Shown here piece after piece: positions 25,216 to 37,438 of a stretch of 64,000 nucleotides of DNA. Location of the stretch: the NCBI GenBank assembly GCA_036867785.1, contig CP145417.1:62001-126000 (forward strand), in the 5' to 3' direction. The translations under genes were made by a program, and so were the position numbers. Under the pieces are notes generated by a model that was not told the origin of the DNA, did no database searches, and worked only from the letters and a program-made list of their open reading frames with translations. Within the stretch, counting starts at the first letter, position 1, and the number at the start of each line of letters is the position of its first letter. The stretch is from Plasmodiophora brassicae. Lineage: Eukaryota.

Positions 25216-26344
25216 GCAGCAACGGCGGACTCGGAAGCCCCATCTGAAGTCACTCGTCTAGAATAGGCAACGACAACCGGCACAATCTACATGCTTCGTC
25301 AGATCCCGTGGGACGCGATACGTCTCGCGACGATCGGCACGAGCGTGGCCTATGTGGTGTCACGCTGGACGCATGGGAACGCGAACACCTTGTGGTACCT
25401 CAACGGGAAGTATGCCGGGCAGGCGCTCGGGTCTGTACGTTGAGCGTGACAGTTACGACCATTCTCCAGCCGCATTTACGCCGCTGACGAAGACAACCAG
25501 GAGGAGAGCGAACGAAGCCGTGATGGGCGTGCGATTTCCATCGCTGCCTGGCGACGGGGGTGTTGGGTGGCGGCGATGGTTACCGCAGCAGACGCATCGG
25601 CATCGGCGTTGGACGACGTCAAACCCAATGACACCCAGGACACCTGCCTCAGGAACAGACACGACCGCCATCGCCGATCGGGGGTCCGTGACCTCACGCA
25701 GAGTGGACGCTTGGGAAACTGCGCGGTTCCAATGCCGACCGTTCGTTGACCCAGACGTCAGGTTTAGGTAGGCAGTCCGTCGTGGCATCCCGTCTTCCGA
25801 GTGCTTCTTTTCTGCTTCAGCACCCGCTACAAACTTTGTTGCGCCCTCAGTCGTGGGCTCGTGGTTCGTGCGTTTTCCGCTAGGCAACACACGGTACGAG
25901 TACAAGCACTGACGCTATTGAGGTACCGATTTATAAAATGTTGCTACGATCCATGAGCATCCGCCTGATCGTACGAGGGCTTGGAGTGTACGGCGGGATA
26001 GCAAGTAGGGAAGTTCATCCTAAGGGCGTATTGGCTGGTGGGCCTGCAGCAGCGGGGGCGACCCTGGGATAATCGAAGCGCACGTTCCTGGACTGTTCCA
26101 GAGTGCTATCCAGGGGTGCGTACCAGACGCCCATCGACGGGCGAAAGTTTGCGAACTTGTTTCGTGGGCACGATCAGCTGAGCCACACAGCGGTTTCGTG
26201 TTGGCCTGTTGGCGTGTCGGGATGTATTTATTTCCAGCTGAAAATGAGAGAACCGCACCGTTGTGGGACCGGAGCGATTGTACAGGACGTCGGCGCGTCA
26301 GTGTGTGTGTGTCAACCTTCCGTACGTCGCCATGGTCGGGTGCG

Positions 26345-27967
26345 TCACGGGTACGCGCCCGACGACGGCACCTCGTCGTCGCTACCCGCGCTCTCCTCGA
26401 AATTCTCGAACCGGCTGTAGTCGATGGTGCCGGGCCGTGGCGACGACGTCGTCGTCGGCTTGGGGAACCAGGGCTTCACGGCCGACGTCGTGTCGACATG
26501 GATGATCAGGTCGAACTGTTCGCCCATGCGGCAGTACGCGTAGTGCGACTGGCGCTCCGTCCGCTTGATGTACTGCACGCCGACGAACCGCTCCAGGCGC
26601 TCGGCGCAGAGCGCGTCGCGGGCCGCCTGCTGCTCGTCGGACAGCGGGTGCTCCCGATCGTTCGTCCTCGTCAGGACCGCGAAGTCGTTCGTCTTGGCGC
26701 GCTGGCCGGCCCGGTGCAGCAGGGCGCCGGCGCTCAACGGCAGCGACTCGTTCAGGTCCATGACGAAGTCCTTGCCGTTCCACTGGCGGGCGGCGCGCAC
26801 CGTCCCCGTGTACGTCGAGAAGCCGATGATGAACGAATCGTCGTACCCGAACTGCTGGCGGACCAGGCGCCCGATGTTGTGCTGGCGCTGCTCGTGGTGC
26901 TCGGTGGCCATGGCGTCGCCCACGTGGCTGTTGTGCGCCCAGACGAGGACGCGCGCCGGCCGACCTTCGCCCTTGTCCTCCTGGAACGCCAGCGTCTCAG
27001 CAATCATCTTCACCATGGCGCTGTCGCGAATGTTCCACGTCACGTTCCCGCCCATGTAGCTGTTCCGGTAGTACTCCTCGGCCTCGCCGACGACCCGCGC
27101 GTTCTACGTAGAGTCAGCACGTTGGTGGTACACATCGGCGCGTGCCGCACATCGTTGCTCACCTGCAGGGCGGCGAAGTATTCGTCGCCGTCACCGGGCA
27201 CGTCCAGGCACTTCATGCGGTTCTCGTACAGGGTGGCGAGCATGCGCGCGACCTGCGGCGCCTGGCTGGCGATCTTGCCGGTGTAGATGGCGCGGCAGTA
27301 GTCGGCCGCCTCGGGGCGGAACGTCCCCAGGGCGCCGTACTGCCTGCGGGCCATGTTGCCCAGGTCGGTGTCGACCTGGTCCAGGTAGGCGATGACCTCG
27401 TGCGCCGAGTCGAACATGCTGTAGATGTCCAGGCCCAGGAGCATGACGGGGCGGGACCCGGCGGGGCGCCCGGCGTTGTGCTGGCGCATCCATTCGGCCA
27501 GGCCCTTCAGGACGTGGTTGCGCCACATCCACACGGGGAACCGCGCCTTCAGCTTCTCCATCGCCTGTTCGATCGTGGGCCCCTCCTTCTCCGACATCTG
27601 CTTATGTAGGTCGCGGAACGGCGGGGCGCCGCCCACGAACCGGTTCAGCTCGTAGAACGCGGGGAAATCGGCTGCGCGCGATGGTCAGAACAAGGGCGGC
27701 GTGTGGTGCAACGAGGAAGGTACCTTCGCAGAGGACCGCCGTGAACCCTTCCCGATCGATGAGGGCCTTGGTCAGGTCGGAGCGCAACTGGTAGAACTCC
27801 TCGGTGCCGTGCGTCTCCTCGCCCATGAGGACGACGCGCGCCTGGCCGATCGCCTGGCGCACCAGGGCAAAGTCGTCGCGGCGCAGGTCCTGCAACGGGA
27901 TGGCGGCCTTGGCGACGCGGTCGACGTCGACGCCCGCCAGGTCGGACGAGATCACGGATCTGTACAT
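26345..27967 (-). CDS. Erythromycin esterase (EreA/ChaN-like fold) family protein
   Basis: VVLMGEETHGTEEFY; LCEADFP; RFPVWMWRN; GLDIYS; QNARVVGEAEEYYR; TWNIRDSAM; VWAHNSHVGDA; RFVGVQY...SHY; QFDLIIHVD. Introns 27672-27723 and 27104-27162. Confidence 0.9.
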
Positions 27968-29810
27968 GTCGGGCAGCGTTAGGAATGCTCGTCGGGCGGA
28001 GGACCTGCGTCCAATGCGGCGGCAAGCGGCTCGCGCGGGCAACTGCGCCAGCATTCACCGGAACGGCATGAAGAAATGGGGCCCGCCCTGTGGGGTCGGC
28101 TCGGACCCGGACCGGACCCCGCGCCGCAGGAACATTCCATGTTCTTGGTACATACGACCAGGAGGACCACGTACAGCAGGAAGCTGTCACACGCCGAGGC
28201 CTCCGATCAGGAGCAGCGCGACGCATCGAATCGGGACAGCGACGTCGGGGTTCAGGCACGTCGACGGCGGCCAGCAAGTCACCTGGCCCGAGACGTCGTC
28301 CATGTCGGCACTTGACAAACATCAAGGCAAAGTGCTCGCCAGGTGCAGCCTGTACTGCGACCCCACCACGTTCGTCAGCCGGGGGCCCGCCTCGTAATGG
28401 CATACCCTGAACGGCATCGTGTGCAGATGTCGCGTTCGGTTCCGAGGGGAGCGCCAGCCTGGACGACCTGCAGACCCAGACGGCGTTCGCCATGCGAACG
28501 TCTGTGCCCGGATGCGCGTGTGCCACATACTCGTAGGCAGCAGCAACGGTTGCCCTAGCCGCCCACCATGGCAAGGTCGACCGCGTCCCCCACAGCAATA
28601 TCCGACGAGAATGCGTCTGGCGTTCGACCCTCCGATGGACAGCTGCGCAGCGCTCAGCGGCGGCTTCTCGCGCTTGGTTGCCCACACGGCTTTGTCGGCG
28701 TTCGAATAGGCTCAGGAGGCTATCGACGGTCACGCGTCGATCACGCACAGGTCGCCGCGTCAGCATCCAAGCGCTTGCATCAGCTTGGAGCCGGCGGTCG
28801 CGTTGCCGGTAACGTTGGAGCGTATACCAACCGGGAGATCACACCGTCGTATCCTGGTGATGCCGATGTGGATCGTGGCCACGCGGGCATGTTAATTAGC
28901 TCAATCTGTCAGCGCGCGGAACGATACCCCGCAGAAGGAAAGTCGCGATACCCAGATGCGCGGGTCAGGGCACCGTTTCGGACGGATCCCATCTGACGAT
29001 GTGGATGCAGGGCGACCGCATCGTCTCGCGTCCAGATATTGAAGGGCCGTGACACAGGCCGGTCCGAGGCATACCCGGATCATGACCGCCAACTGAAGCA
29101 GCTGACGGTCAGGCAGGGCGTGCAATTCCTGGCCAAAGCAGGCCCACGACAGCATTTTTATTGCGACCCAGGGGTCCTGGCAAGAGGCCGCGAGCATGCT
29201 GTCACTCCGCGTTGTACACTGGCACGGAAAAGGTGCAAGTCTTCCGTAACGGGTCGCAATGAAGCTGTGCAAATGTCCTCTGTCGCTTCGGGTCTGTGTG
29301 GGAGTAGGGGCGCCACGGTGCCCTGCAATGACATGCCGGTGCGCCTTGCAACGGCGCGAGATCGAAATCTGTCGCCGACGAACTGCCGCATCTGCTCTGC
29401 TCCTACCGCTTGCCACCGTCGCCCGGCGTTCACTGAGGCCACCATCCACCGAGGTACGGTACTCACGACGAACACTCGGTGAATACTTGCGTCAACGGAC
29501 ATTCGCGTGTGGGGCGAACAGGCGCGCAGTGTCCGAGGGCCCGCTCCGCGCGACTTCCCGGTCTCGCGACTAGCGGTGGTGCCTGGTGTTGCCAATTGCA
29601 AATTTCGTTCGTATCATGAAGGTTGCCTCTGTTTCATCCACATGCGCTGTCATCGCAACGCGTGCTGACTTGCCGGAGACCTCTGGGGTGTCGTTGGGTT
29701 TGCCCAAAACCGATGTCAAGGCGTCTGCTGTGGGCGTAGGCAACCATCGTCGTGGCTCCTGTCCGTCCATACACTCCAGCGTCTGCCAGCGACGGAGGTC
29801 GCCGCCGACC

Positions 29811-31881
29811 ATGACGTCGTTCGCTCTTGCCCTGCCTGTCCTTGTCATGGCGGCAACCATCACCGCGATGCCCGTCCATCGCCGCGCGCCCCGCCACTCC
29901 AGAACATCCAACGTCACTTGCAACCAATCCGTTGTGGCACCGCATGGAACTGACGTAGATTGCGCAGGTGGTGAACCCGACTCCGCTACATGTTCTAGAC
30001 GACAATCTTCGGGACGGGTGGCGTCCGAGTCCAAGCGACGTTGACCGTGCGAGGAGGTATCTGATCCAGGACCGCCTTCATGACCAGGATTTTAATGTAC
30101 TGCCGCACCTGGCCAATAAGCTTGCGAAGTACAATGCACATGATGGTTGGTCGCTCTCATTCGCGTTGCTCCCGATAGCCGTGGCTGAGAAAGAATTTAA
30201 TGGGCGCCCAGGTGTGCTCAGCGCCATTGCTGATGCTCTGCAACGTCATCAAGAACGCGTTAACCGCTACAATTCCAGAGAAATAGCAATGCTGTTGCAT
30301 TCGCTTGCCAAGCGTCGCATCAAGAAGCGCGTCCTGTTCAATGCCCTCGGCAATCGTGCTCTGGAGATCATGCCTGACTTCAACCCACAGTGTGTCGCCA
30401 ATACGGCATGGGCATTCGCGACATTGTCGATCCAGAACCGCGCCCTGTTCAATGCCCTCGGCCGTCGTGCTCTGGAGATCATATCAGGTTTCAACCCACA
30501 GAATGTCGCCAATACGGCATGGGCATTCGCGACATTGTCGATCCAGAACCGCCTCCTGTTCAATGCCCTCGGCAATCGCGCTCTGGCGATGATGGCCGAT
30601 TTCAACGCACAGGGTGTCGCCAATACGGCATGGGCGTTCGCGAAATTGTCGATCCAGAACCGCGCCCTGTTCAGTGCCCTCGGCCGTCGTGCTCTGGAGA
30701 TCATATCAGGTTTCAAGCCGCAGGAGGTCGCCAATACGGCATGGGCATTCGCGACATTGTCGATCCAGAACCGCCTCCTGTTCAATGCCCTCGGCAGTCG
30801 TGCTCTGGAGATCATGTCAGGATTCAAGCCGCAGGATGTCGCCAATACGGCATGGGCATTCGCGACATTGTCGTTCCAGAACCGCGCCCTGTTCAATGCC
30901 CTCGGCAGTCGTGCTCTGGAGATCATATCAGGATTCAACCCACAGAATGTCGCCAATACGGCATGGGCATTCGCGACAGTGTCGATCCAGAACCGCGCCC
31001 TGTTCAATGCCCTCGGCGGTCGTGCTCTGGCGATGATAACCGATTTCAACCCACAGAATGTCGCCAATACGGCATGGGCATTCGCGACAGTGTCGATCCA
31101 GAACCGCGCCCTGTTCAATGCCCTCGGCAGTCGTACTCTGGCGATGATAACCGATTTCAACCCACAGGATATCGCCAATACGGCATGGGCATTCGCGACA
31201 GTGTGGGTCGAGAACCTCGCCCTTTTCAATGCCCTCGCCAACCGTGTTGTGGAGACCATGTCTGAGTTCAACCCGCAGCACGTCGGCAATACGATGTGGG
31301 CATTCTCTGCTGTTCGGTTCGACCCCGATAACAGGATCGTTGAAGCCATGGTCGGCCGCACGTGCTTCTTCTATTCGGATGGTTCCTTTTCCGATGAGCA
31401 CCTTGTTCAGCTGCATTTATGGCGACTCTTCGTTGGGGAGAGCCGTTTTGATTCTGTTGTCGATCGCGTATGCCACGTGAAGACGGACGTGATGGTGAGC
31501 CGTTTCAGGGATGCGATGTCCCGGACTATGCAATTGCATGTATCTCGGATGGAGGGTGAAGTCGTCGATGCTCTTTCGCGAATGTACCAACGCGGATATG
31601 TTGTTTCCGGGTACATTTGCCCTGGTACTGGTTACTCTATTGACGCAGCGTTGCCCAAGGAGCGCATTGCTGTCGAAGTGAATGGCCCAATGCACTTCCT
31701 CCGAGATTGCTGCTCCAATCGTGTCACATCGATGAATGGGGCTTCCCGGTTGAAGCGCTACTTACTTGAACGATACGGCTGGAGAATTGTCGATGTGAAT
31801 TTCGAAGACTGGGACAAGACGGGCGGAGACCGTGAACAGCAACAAGAATTACTGCAGCAGTTACTCGCTCCGTTTTCATAA
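29811..31881 (+). CDS. Helical-repeat (37-aa HPR/OPR-like) protein with C-terminal RAP domain and putative signal peptide
   Basis: Exon 1 29811-29912 MTSFALALPVLVMAATITAMPVHRRAPRHSRTSN; 55-nt phase-0 GT-AG intron 29913-29967 with ACTGAC branch-like motif; repeats FxPQxVANTAWAFAT; RAP-like YSIDAAL...AVEVNGPMHF...LKRYLLERYGWRIVDVNFEDW. Confidence 0.85.
30379..31320 (+). repeat. Coding tandem repeat, 111-nt unit, 8 full copies plus a partial ninth
   Basis: Units start at 30379, 30490, 30601, 30712, 30823, 30934, 31045, 31156 and 31267; core GCCAATACGGCATGGGC is invariant in the full units. Confidence 0.97.
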
Positions 31882-32133
31882 TAGGTTCCCGTTGCCCCAT
31901 TCGTTCTGAAGAACTATATTTCGAGGTGTAGGCCCAACGCTTGCATCAATACAGACACGGTTGCATTCGTTATCGCTGCCTTACGTTTAAGGCTTTCCTC
32001 TGTGGTTGTATTTGTGGAGAAACAACGCTAGGCGACGCGGGCCGGCCGCGATGCCAGTCACTCGAGCAGAGTGACGGTGCACAGTGCGACCGCTCAGCTA
32101 TAATGCCGTGCTCAGCGTCACCGGCCTGCACAG

Positions 32134-32565
32134 ACATATGGGACACAATCAGATGCAGGCTACTACGGGAGGCATTTTCAAAACTTGTCGCCGGTTGAAC
32201 TGTATGTGTTTCTGAGAGGCGTTTCGTTTAAAGGCGATGAATTGAGCTCCAACAGGCGCTTGGAGCACAATCGGTTCCAGGGGATTGAAGCTAGCGCCAT
32301 CGCTGGAATGTCGTCCAAGTTTGTAGTGTACGCACAGTGGACGGGAAGCTGAATCCTTTTCACAGATATCTGGGACATCATCAGATTCGCACTATTCAAG
32401 GTGACGCATTCACCGGGTTGCCTGAACTGAACCGATTGTGGGCTATGGTCCATCTTTGTTGCGTCGCTTACTGGTTATGTTTGCAGGGCGCTCACAGGGA
32501 ACCCAATATGTCGTTCGCCTGCTGTGATGCCCGCGACGTCGTCGGAGCCGAACCGTTCGTTGTGA
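32134..32565 (+). pseudogene. 3' part of a leucine-rich repeat gene; 5' exons not identified
   Basis: Three AG/GT-bounded 72-nt exons (32134-32205, 32256-32327, 32366-32437), each encoding one LRR (e.g. YLGHHQIRTIQGDAFTGLPELNRL), then ALTGNPIC. Confidence 0.7.
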
Positions 32566-33197
32566 CGGGACGGGTGCATGTCGAATGCTGAGACCCACGA
32601 GAGTGTCGTGAAAAGGTGGCATGTGCTGGAGTACATCTCATGGTTTGTCGAAGCGAGCCTGCTGCTTTCTGGCCAAGCGTCGCCCGTCGAACGTTCCGCA
32701 ATGCTTGCGCTGGTACCTAGTCGCGTTCCAGCGGACGTTGAACGACGTCTGGGACTCCTGCGATATACGTACGGCAGGGGGTTTTCGCTCAAAAATTACG
32801 AATCCACCCACGTTGGTCAAGGGTATAGCCACGTCGTGTAAACGAAATCGCATTGGCGGAACGAGCAACGGATCCGGTTTCCCCGAACTTCTTGATCCAA
32901 CGCCGCCTTATTGTCGAAGGGAATTCGGCGAAGATCTCGGCAAGACGAGTCCAGCTGATCAGACCAACCACAGGATAGGCGTACCTCGCGTACAACTTGG
33001 TGTTCGCAAAGGCATGCTACCGACTGATCCCTCCCGGCCGAGATGGGCGCAACGAGCACGTGGCACGTTTCCGCTACAATCGCCATACGCTGGGCGCTTC
33101 ACAAATACTTTTATCAATATAAATACTTAGAGACGTACGTCCACGTACACAGGGGCGACGTTGCGCGTGTCGCACATGGCGCTGGTGTACCTGGTAC

Positions 33198-35548
33198 CTA
33201 GTTCCAGGCCTCGAACATGTAGTCGCCATCGCGGATCTTGTCCTGCATGACCTGCAACGCCGTACTGGGCGACAGGTCATCGCCACACAGTACGTCGTTC
33301 GTCAGACACTCGAATACGGCGTTGGCCATCTGCGGACGACACATCAGCGGCCTGGCAAACGGAGGTCGGATCCCGATGCAGCGGGGGGCGTACAGCGATA
33401 CTGCCACAGACGTAGAACTTGGCACTGGACCGCAGCAGACCTCGCAGCTCCACAGCGTGATCGCGCAGGGCGTCTTGCACATAACGATACGGGTACTCGC
33501 CATGATCGTGTCGCGAAAAGGCGACTTCGAGCCGCGTGATGGCACCGGTCCCGTGAAACCGGGCCCATTCCCGACGGTACAGGTACTCATCGTCGTCGTC
33601 ACGGAACCCCATAAACACGAACACGCTGGTCGATCCTGCAGCACCAGCAGCACCAGCAGCAGCCCGCATCAGACGCAGGCGGCAAACGCGGTCGTTCGCC
33701 CGTACCATGCGGGATGTGTTGCAGGAACGACCGGAACGGGGCGACGCCGACACCACACCCGATCATGACCAGGTTGGGCAGCCTGAGGGAGGGCCGCCGC
33801 CCACGATGTCACAGGCACGACACGCATAGGCCTATCGATGGGCAATGTACCGTTCGGCCGGCAGGCGCAGTTGCTGAGAGCGACAGACGAGCACGGGGAT
33901 GGCAACCTCCTGGCCCAGATGGGCATGGAACCGCTCCGAGCAGAGCTCCAACCACTGTGTGCACAACCCCTGGAACGGCGTGCACATCGGCCCACCCGTG
34001 CAGGCGTCTTCGGAGACGGCCACGACGATGTGTGCCGTCGACGGGTGCGACCGAGGCGACGACGCGATCGAGTAGCATCGGGTGCTCAGGGGCGACAGCG
34101 CCGACACCAGGCCGGAGGCGGGCGGGCGCACGGACGCGTACCGGTCCAGGAGGTGCACCACGTTCGTGTACGATTGCTGCAGGTCGGGCAGCGATAGGCA
34201 TCGCAGGCGTTCGGCATCGGCCGGGTCCGTCGCGAGCCGTGCGAGGCGGTCCACCAGGTCCCTGGTCGGGCAGGCCGATAGGTCCAGCGCGTACGTCAGC
34301 GCCCATCGAAGGGTGGACGACGGCTCCTCGAGAAACTCCACCTGCGACAACGACCGCCCCTCATTACGACGACGAACACGACATCGGGCAGGGGCCAACG
34401 CCAAACCTGGACGACCTCGTCCCCCGACAGGCCGGTCACGCGGAGCATGGCGTCCACCACGGCGGGCGAGTTCGCGCAAGGAACAGCGAGGCAATCGCCG
34501 GGGTCGTACGCGACATCGGGCGGCAGGTCGAATTCCAGGTGCAGGACGCGTCGCCGCGGCTTCTTGGACAGATACTCGGCGGCCCGCAGCGTCGCCTTGA
34601 CCACATCGGCACCATGGATGCGCCGGGCGGCGTCGAACCGGTACACCAGGTCGGCCTGAAACGCGTCAACGTCGGCCGGCTCCGGAGGCGTTGCCGGAAA
34701 CGCGCCGGGCACGAACGCACATTGCACCGCGCAGCACTCGGCACTCGTGGCGGTGCACGGTTCACGACGACGGGACGCGCCCTGCGCACACACCATTGGA
34801 CACTTCTGCACGAACGACAACGTAAACCGCATGCGAAACATGGGAGGGCATTGTGCGGCGAATGGATCGTGTGTGTGTGCAACCCCAACGTGAGCAAACG
34901 GAAACGATACTGACAGCTTCCTCGATGTCGCTCGTCGTGACCCGCGGTACAACGATGCGGACCAGCTGGTCGATCCAGTCGTCGATGTCGGCGTCGCGTT
35001 TGGGTTCGTCCGCGGAATCGCCGTCGAGGCGTTCGACGAGGCGACGCGCGCCGAGCTCCTGCAGGCGCGCGTCGATCTTGCGGGTGAACGCACAGAACGA
35101 CGGCCACTGCGAATTGCCAATGCCGAGCACGGCGAACGACATCCACGACACGTCGTCCGGCGTCGGGTCGTCGAGGAACTCGTTGAACTTGGCGGCGTTG
35201 AGCGGCGCGGCGCCAACCAGGAACGTGCTGGACACGATGACGACGACGCGAGGACGACGCGACAGAAAGAATTTGTACTGGTTCAGGCAGCAGCAATTGG
35301 ACGAGACACCGGCCGCCTTCAGGCGCTCACAGAGCTGACGTGCGATGCCTGTGGGGAATGCCGTCCACCAGTCAGACACATGAGCGGCGCGACCACGCGA
35401 CTAATGCCGCCCACTAACGCAGCGCAACGCCGGTCTGCGACCCGAACAGAACGAGAACAGCGTCGTCGCGCGTACACGCCGGCGCGGACGTCGACTCGCG
35501 TTGCGATGCAGGCCACGATCGCGTAGAACGCTGCACAGTCGTCGTCAT
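33198..35548 (-). CDS. NADPH-dependent diflavin oxidoreductase (methionine synthase reductase/CPR-like), multi-exon
   Basis: Flavodoxin motifs VLFGSQTG, VVIVSST, FAVLGIGNS; YDPGD; RCYSIASSP; GTGVAP; VAFSR...YVQD; FYVCG; ends YMFEAWN. Confidence 0.85.
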
Positions 35549-36008
35549 GGCACGAACGCGGTCGGTCGGGCCCGACCCTGTCGCGCGACTCGCGCACTTT
35601 TCAGACGCTGCCGTCGCACCATCGCACAAAGGGCGCGCGGCACCGCCCATTTACCGTTCGCAGAGCGGCGTGCCCAGGCCCAGACACGGCGCCGGCCTCA
35701 GGTCGTCGCACGATCCAACCCATACCAACTCGTTCGAGCACGCAAAACCCTACAAAGGTAGGTACGGATGCGGGGATCCTCGGAAAGCGTCCATCGATGC
35801 GGACGTCAGCCCGCTGGGGGTGCCGGGAGTCACGAACCGATGTCCCACCCGGGAGCCGGGTGGTACCCCTACTGGCGTGGCCTGTGGCGCTCCGTCGCCG
35901 CCACCGTGTACTACTGGGCGGAATGGGCGCGGGTGCGCGACGGAGTTCGGAGTTGGCGCGCGTTGGGGTCGTCGTCCGCCCCATTCTTATTTGTCCCTCG
36001 GCGTGTCC

Positions 36009-36432
36009 ATGGCACCAATGGCGACGACGCGCGCGGCCGTGCTGTTCATCGGCGCCATCCTGCTCGTGTCGATGATGTGCGTCGCTGACGCCGCCAAGAA
36101 CCACGCCGCCGGCGACAAGGCGTCCGGCGGAGAGTCCAAGGTCAAGCAGCAGTCGGCGCCCAAGAAGTCGCTCATTGATGCGAGCCATTTCGACGTGGCG
36201 CGCCTGAAGGCGCAGCTGTTTGCATTGTCCACGGAAGTTAAAGTATGGCCACCCGGTGCGCACGTCCCGCAGCAGCACTAATCTGTCGATACAGGACCTG
36301 CACACCAAGTCGCCGCACGTCGTCTACACGCTCGTGTTCGCCGGCGTTGTCATCGGCCTGCTTGCCGCCAGCCTCCTCGGCGGCAAGCAACGCAGCCGTG
36401 GCCCGAAGCTCGCCAAGCGGAAGCTGAAGTAA
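36009..36432 (+). CDS. Small type-I membrane protein (signal peptide, TM, basic tail), unknown function
   Basis: MAPMATTRAAVLFIGAILLVSMMCVADA; intron 36243-36294; VVYTLVFAGVVIGLLAASLL then KQRSRGPKLAKRKLK*. Confidence 0.7.
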
Positions 36433-36784
36433 CCCGTCGTCGTCGTCGTCGTCATCCACCCAGCACGAATCCCGCCCGGTACGACTCCGCATTCGCCTAT
36501 ATTCGCCCAATACAGAACCGATTGCCTCCTCGGTGACGAATGCTTTCCTGCGGGGAGGTGCGAGCGCGTTGTCCACGCGGGAACGACATGTCGCTGTCGC
36601 CGTCCGCGTGTAGAGTGCAGTCCGCCGGGGCGACGTCGAATCTAATCGCGGAGCGGATCCGCACTTGCAGTCGGGTATAGCGCGCTGCCGCACATCACAG
36701 GCGTGCCAGGGTGGCCCTCGACGCAGTCGTGACGCGGGGCGGCCGACTCGTCGTCCGGGTACGTGGCCGCGCCCTGCCGCGGAC

Positions 36785-37362
36785 ATGAACCATCGCGCCC
36801 ACGAACCCACCTACTTCTGCCACACGTGCAACGTCGAGGTTCGGCTCGGCGCGCGTCGGCCTGCGCGACGCGTCCTGACGGGCGTTTCGCTGTACAGATC
36901 CGAAACGCGATCCGGGTCGACGACCAGTTCGAATGCCCCGTGTGCGGCCAGCATTTCGTGGAGATCGCCGAACACGGGCGGCGTCAGGCGTCGCCGCGCG
37001 TCGTGCACCTGACGACCAGCGTGCAGCTGTCGCCGCTCGTGACGGAATTCCCGTTCGTGCACATGCTGCCGCCCGCCCTGGACATCAACCAGATGATGTC
37101 GGCGTTCGTCGCCCAGCTGTCCGCTGGGCAGTTCGCGCCGCCGCCCCGAGGCATCGACGTCGCGACCCTGGAGACGGCGACGATCACCGAGGCCGACCTG
37201 GACCAACTCGTGTCCCGCGACTGCGCCGTCTGCCAATCCGAATTCGTCGCCGGCGACCACCTCACCAGCCTGCCCTGCGGCCACTCGTATCACCAGCACT
37301 GCATCACGCCCTGGTTCGAGACGCACGACACCTGCCCGGTCTGTCGCGCGCGCGTGTCATAG
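36785..37362 (+). CDS. RING-H2 E3 ubiquitin ligase with N-terminal zinc ribbon (RNF126/RNF115-like)
   Basis: YFCHTC|...ECPVCGQHFVE; CAVCQSEF...LPCGHSYHQHCITPWFETHDTCPVCR; intron 36839-36897. Confidence 0.92.
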
Positions 37363-37438
37363 CCCGGACGTCGCCCGTCGAATAAAATAGGCCTAAGTAT
37401 ATCCCACGGGAGCGCCTGTGCCCGCACAGGACGTTGCC

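Noticed and set aside
28080-29480. Possible protein kinase pseudogene (VAIKML...TALQYL on the minus strand)
   Set aside because: No HRD, DFG or APE motifs were recoverable; too degraded to support a call.
30379-31320. Regularly spaced repeats as a CRISPR array
   Set aside because: The whole 111-nt unit is repeated in frame inside an ORF; there are no unique spacers or cas genes, and the context is eukaryotic.
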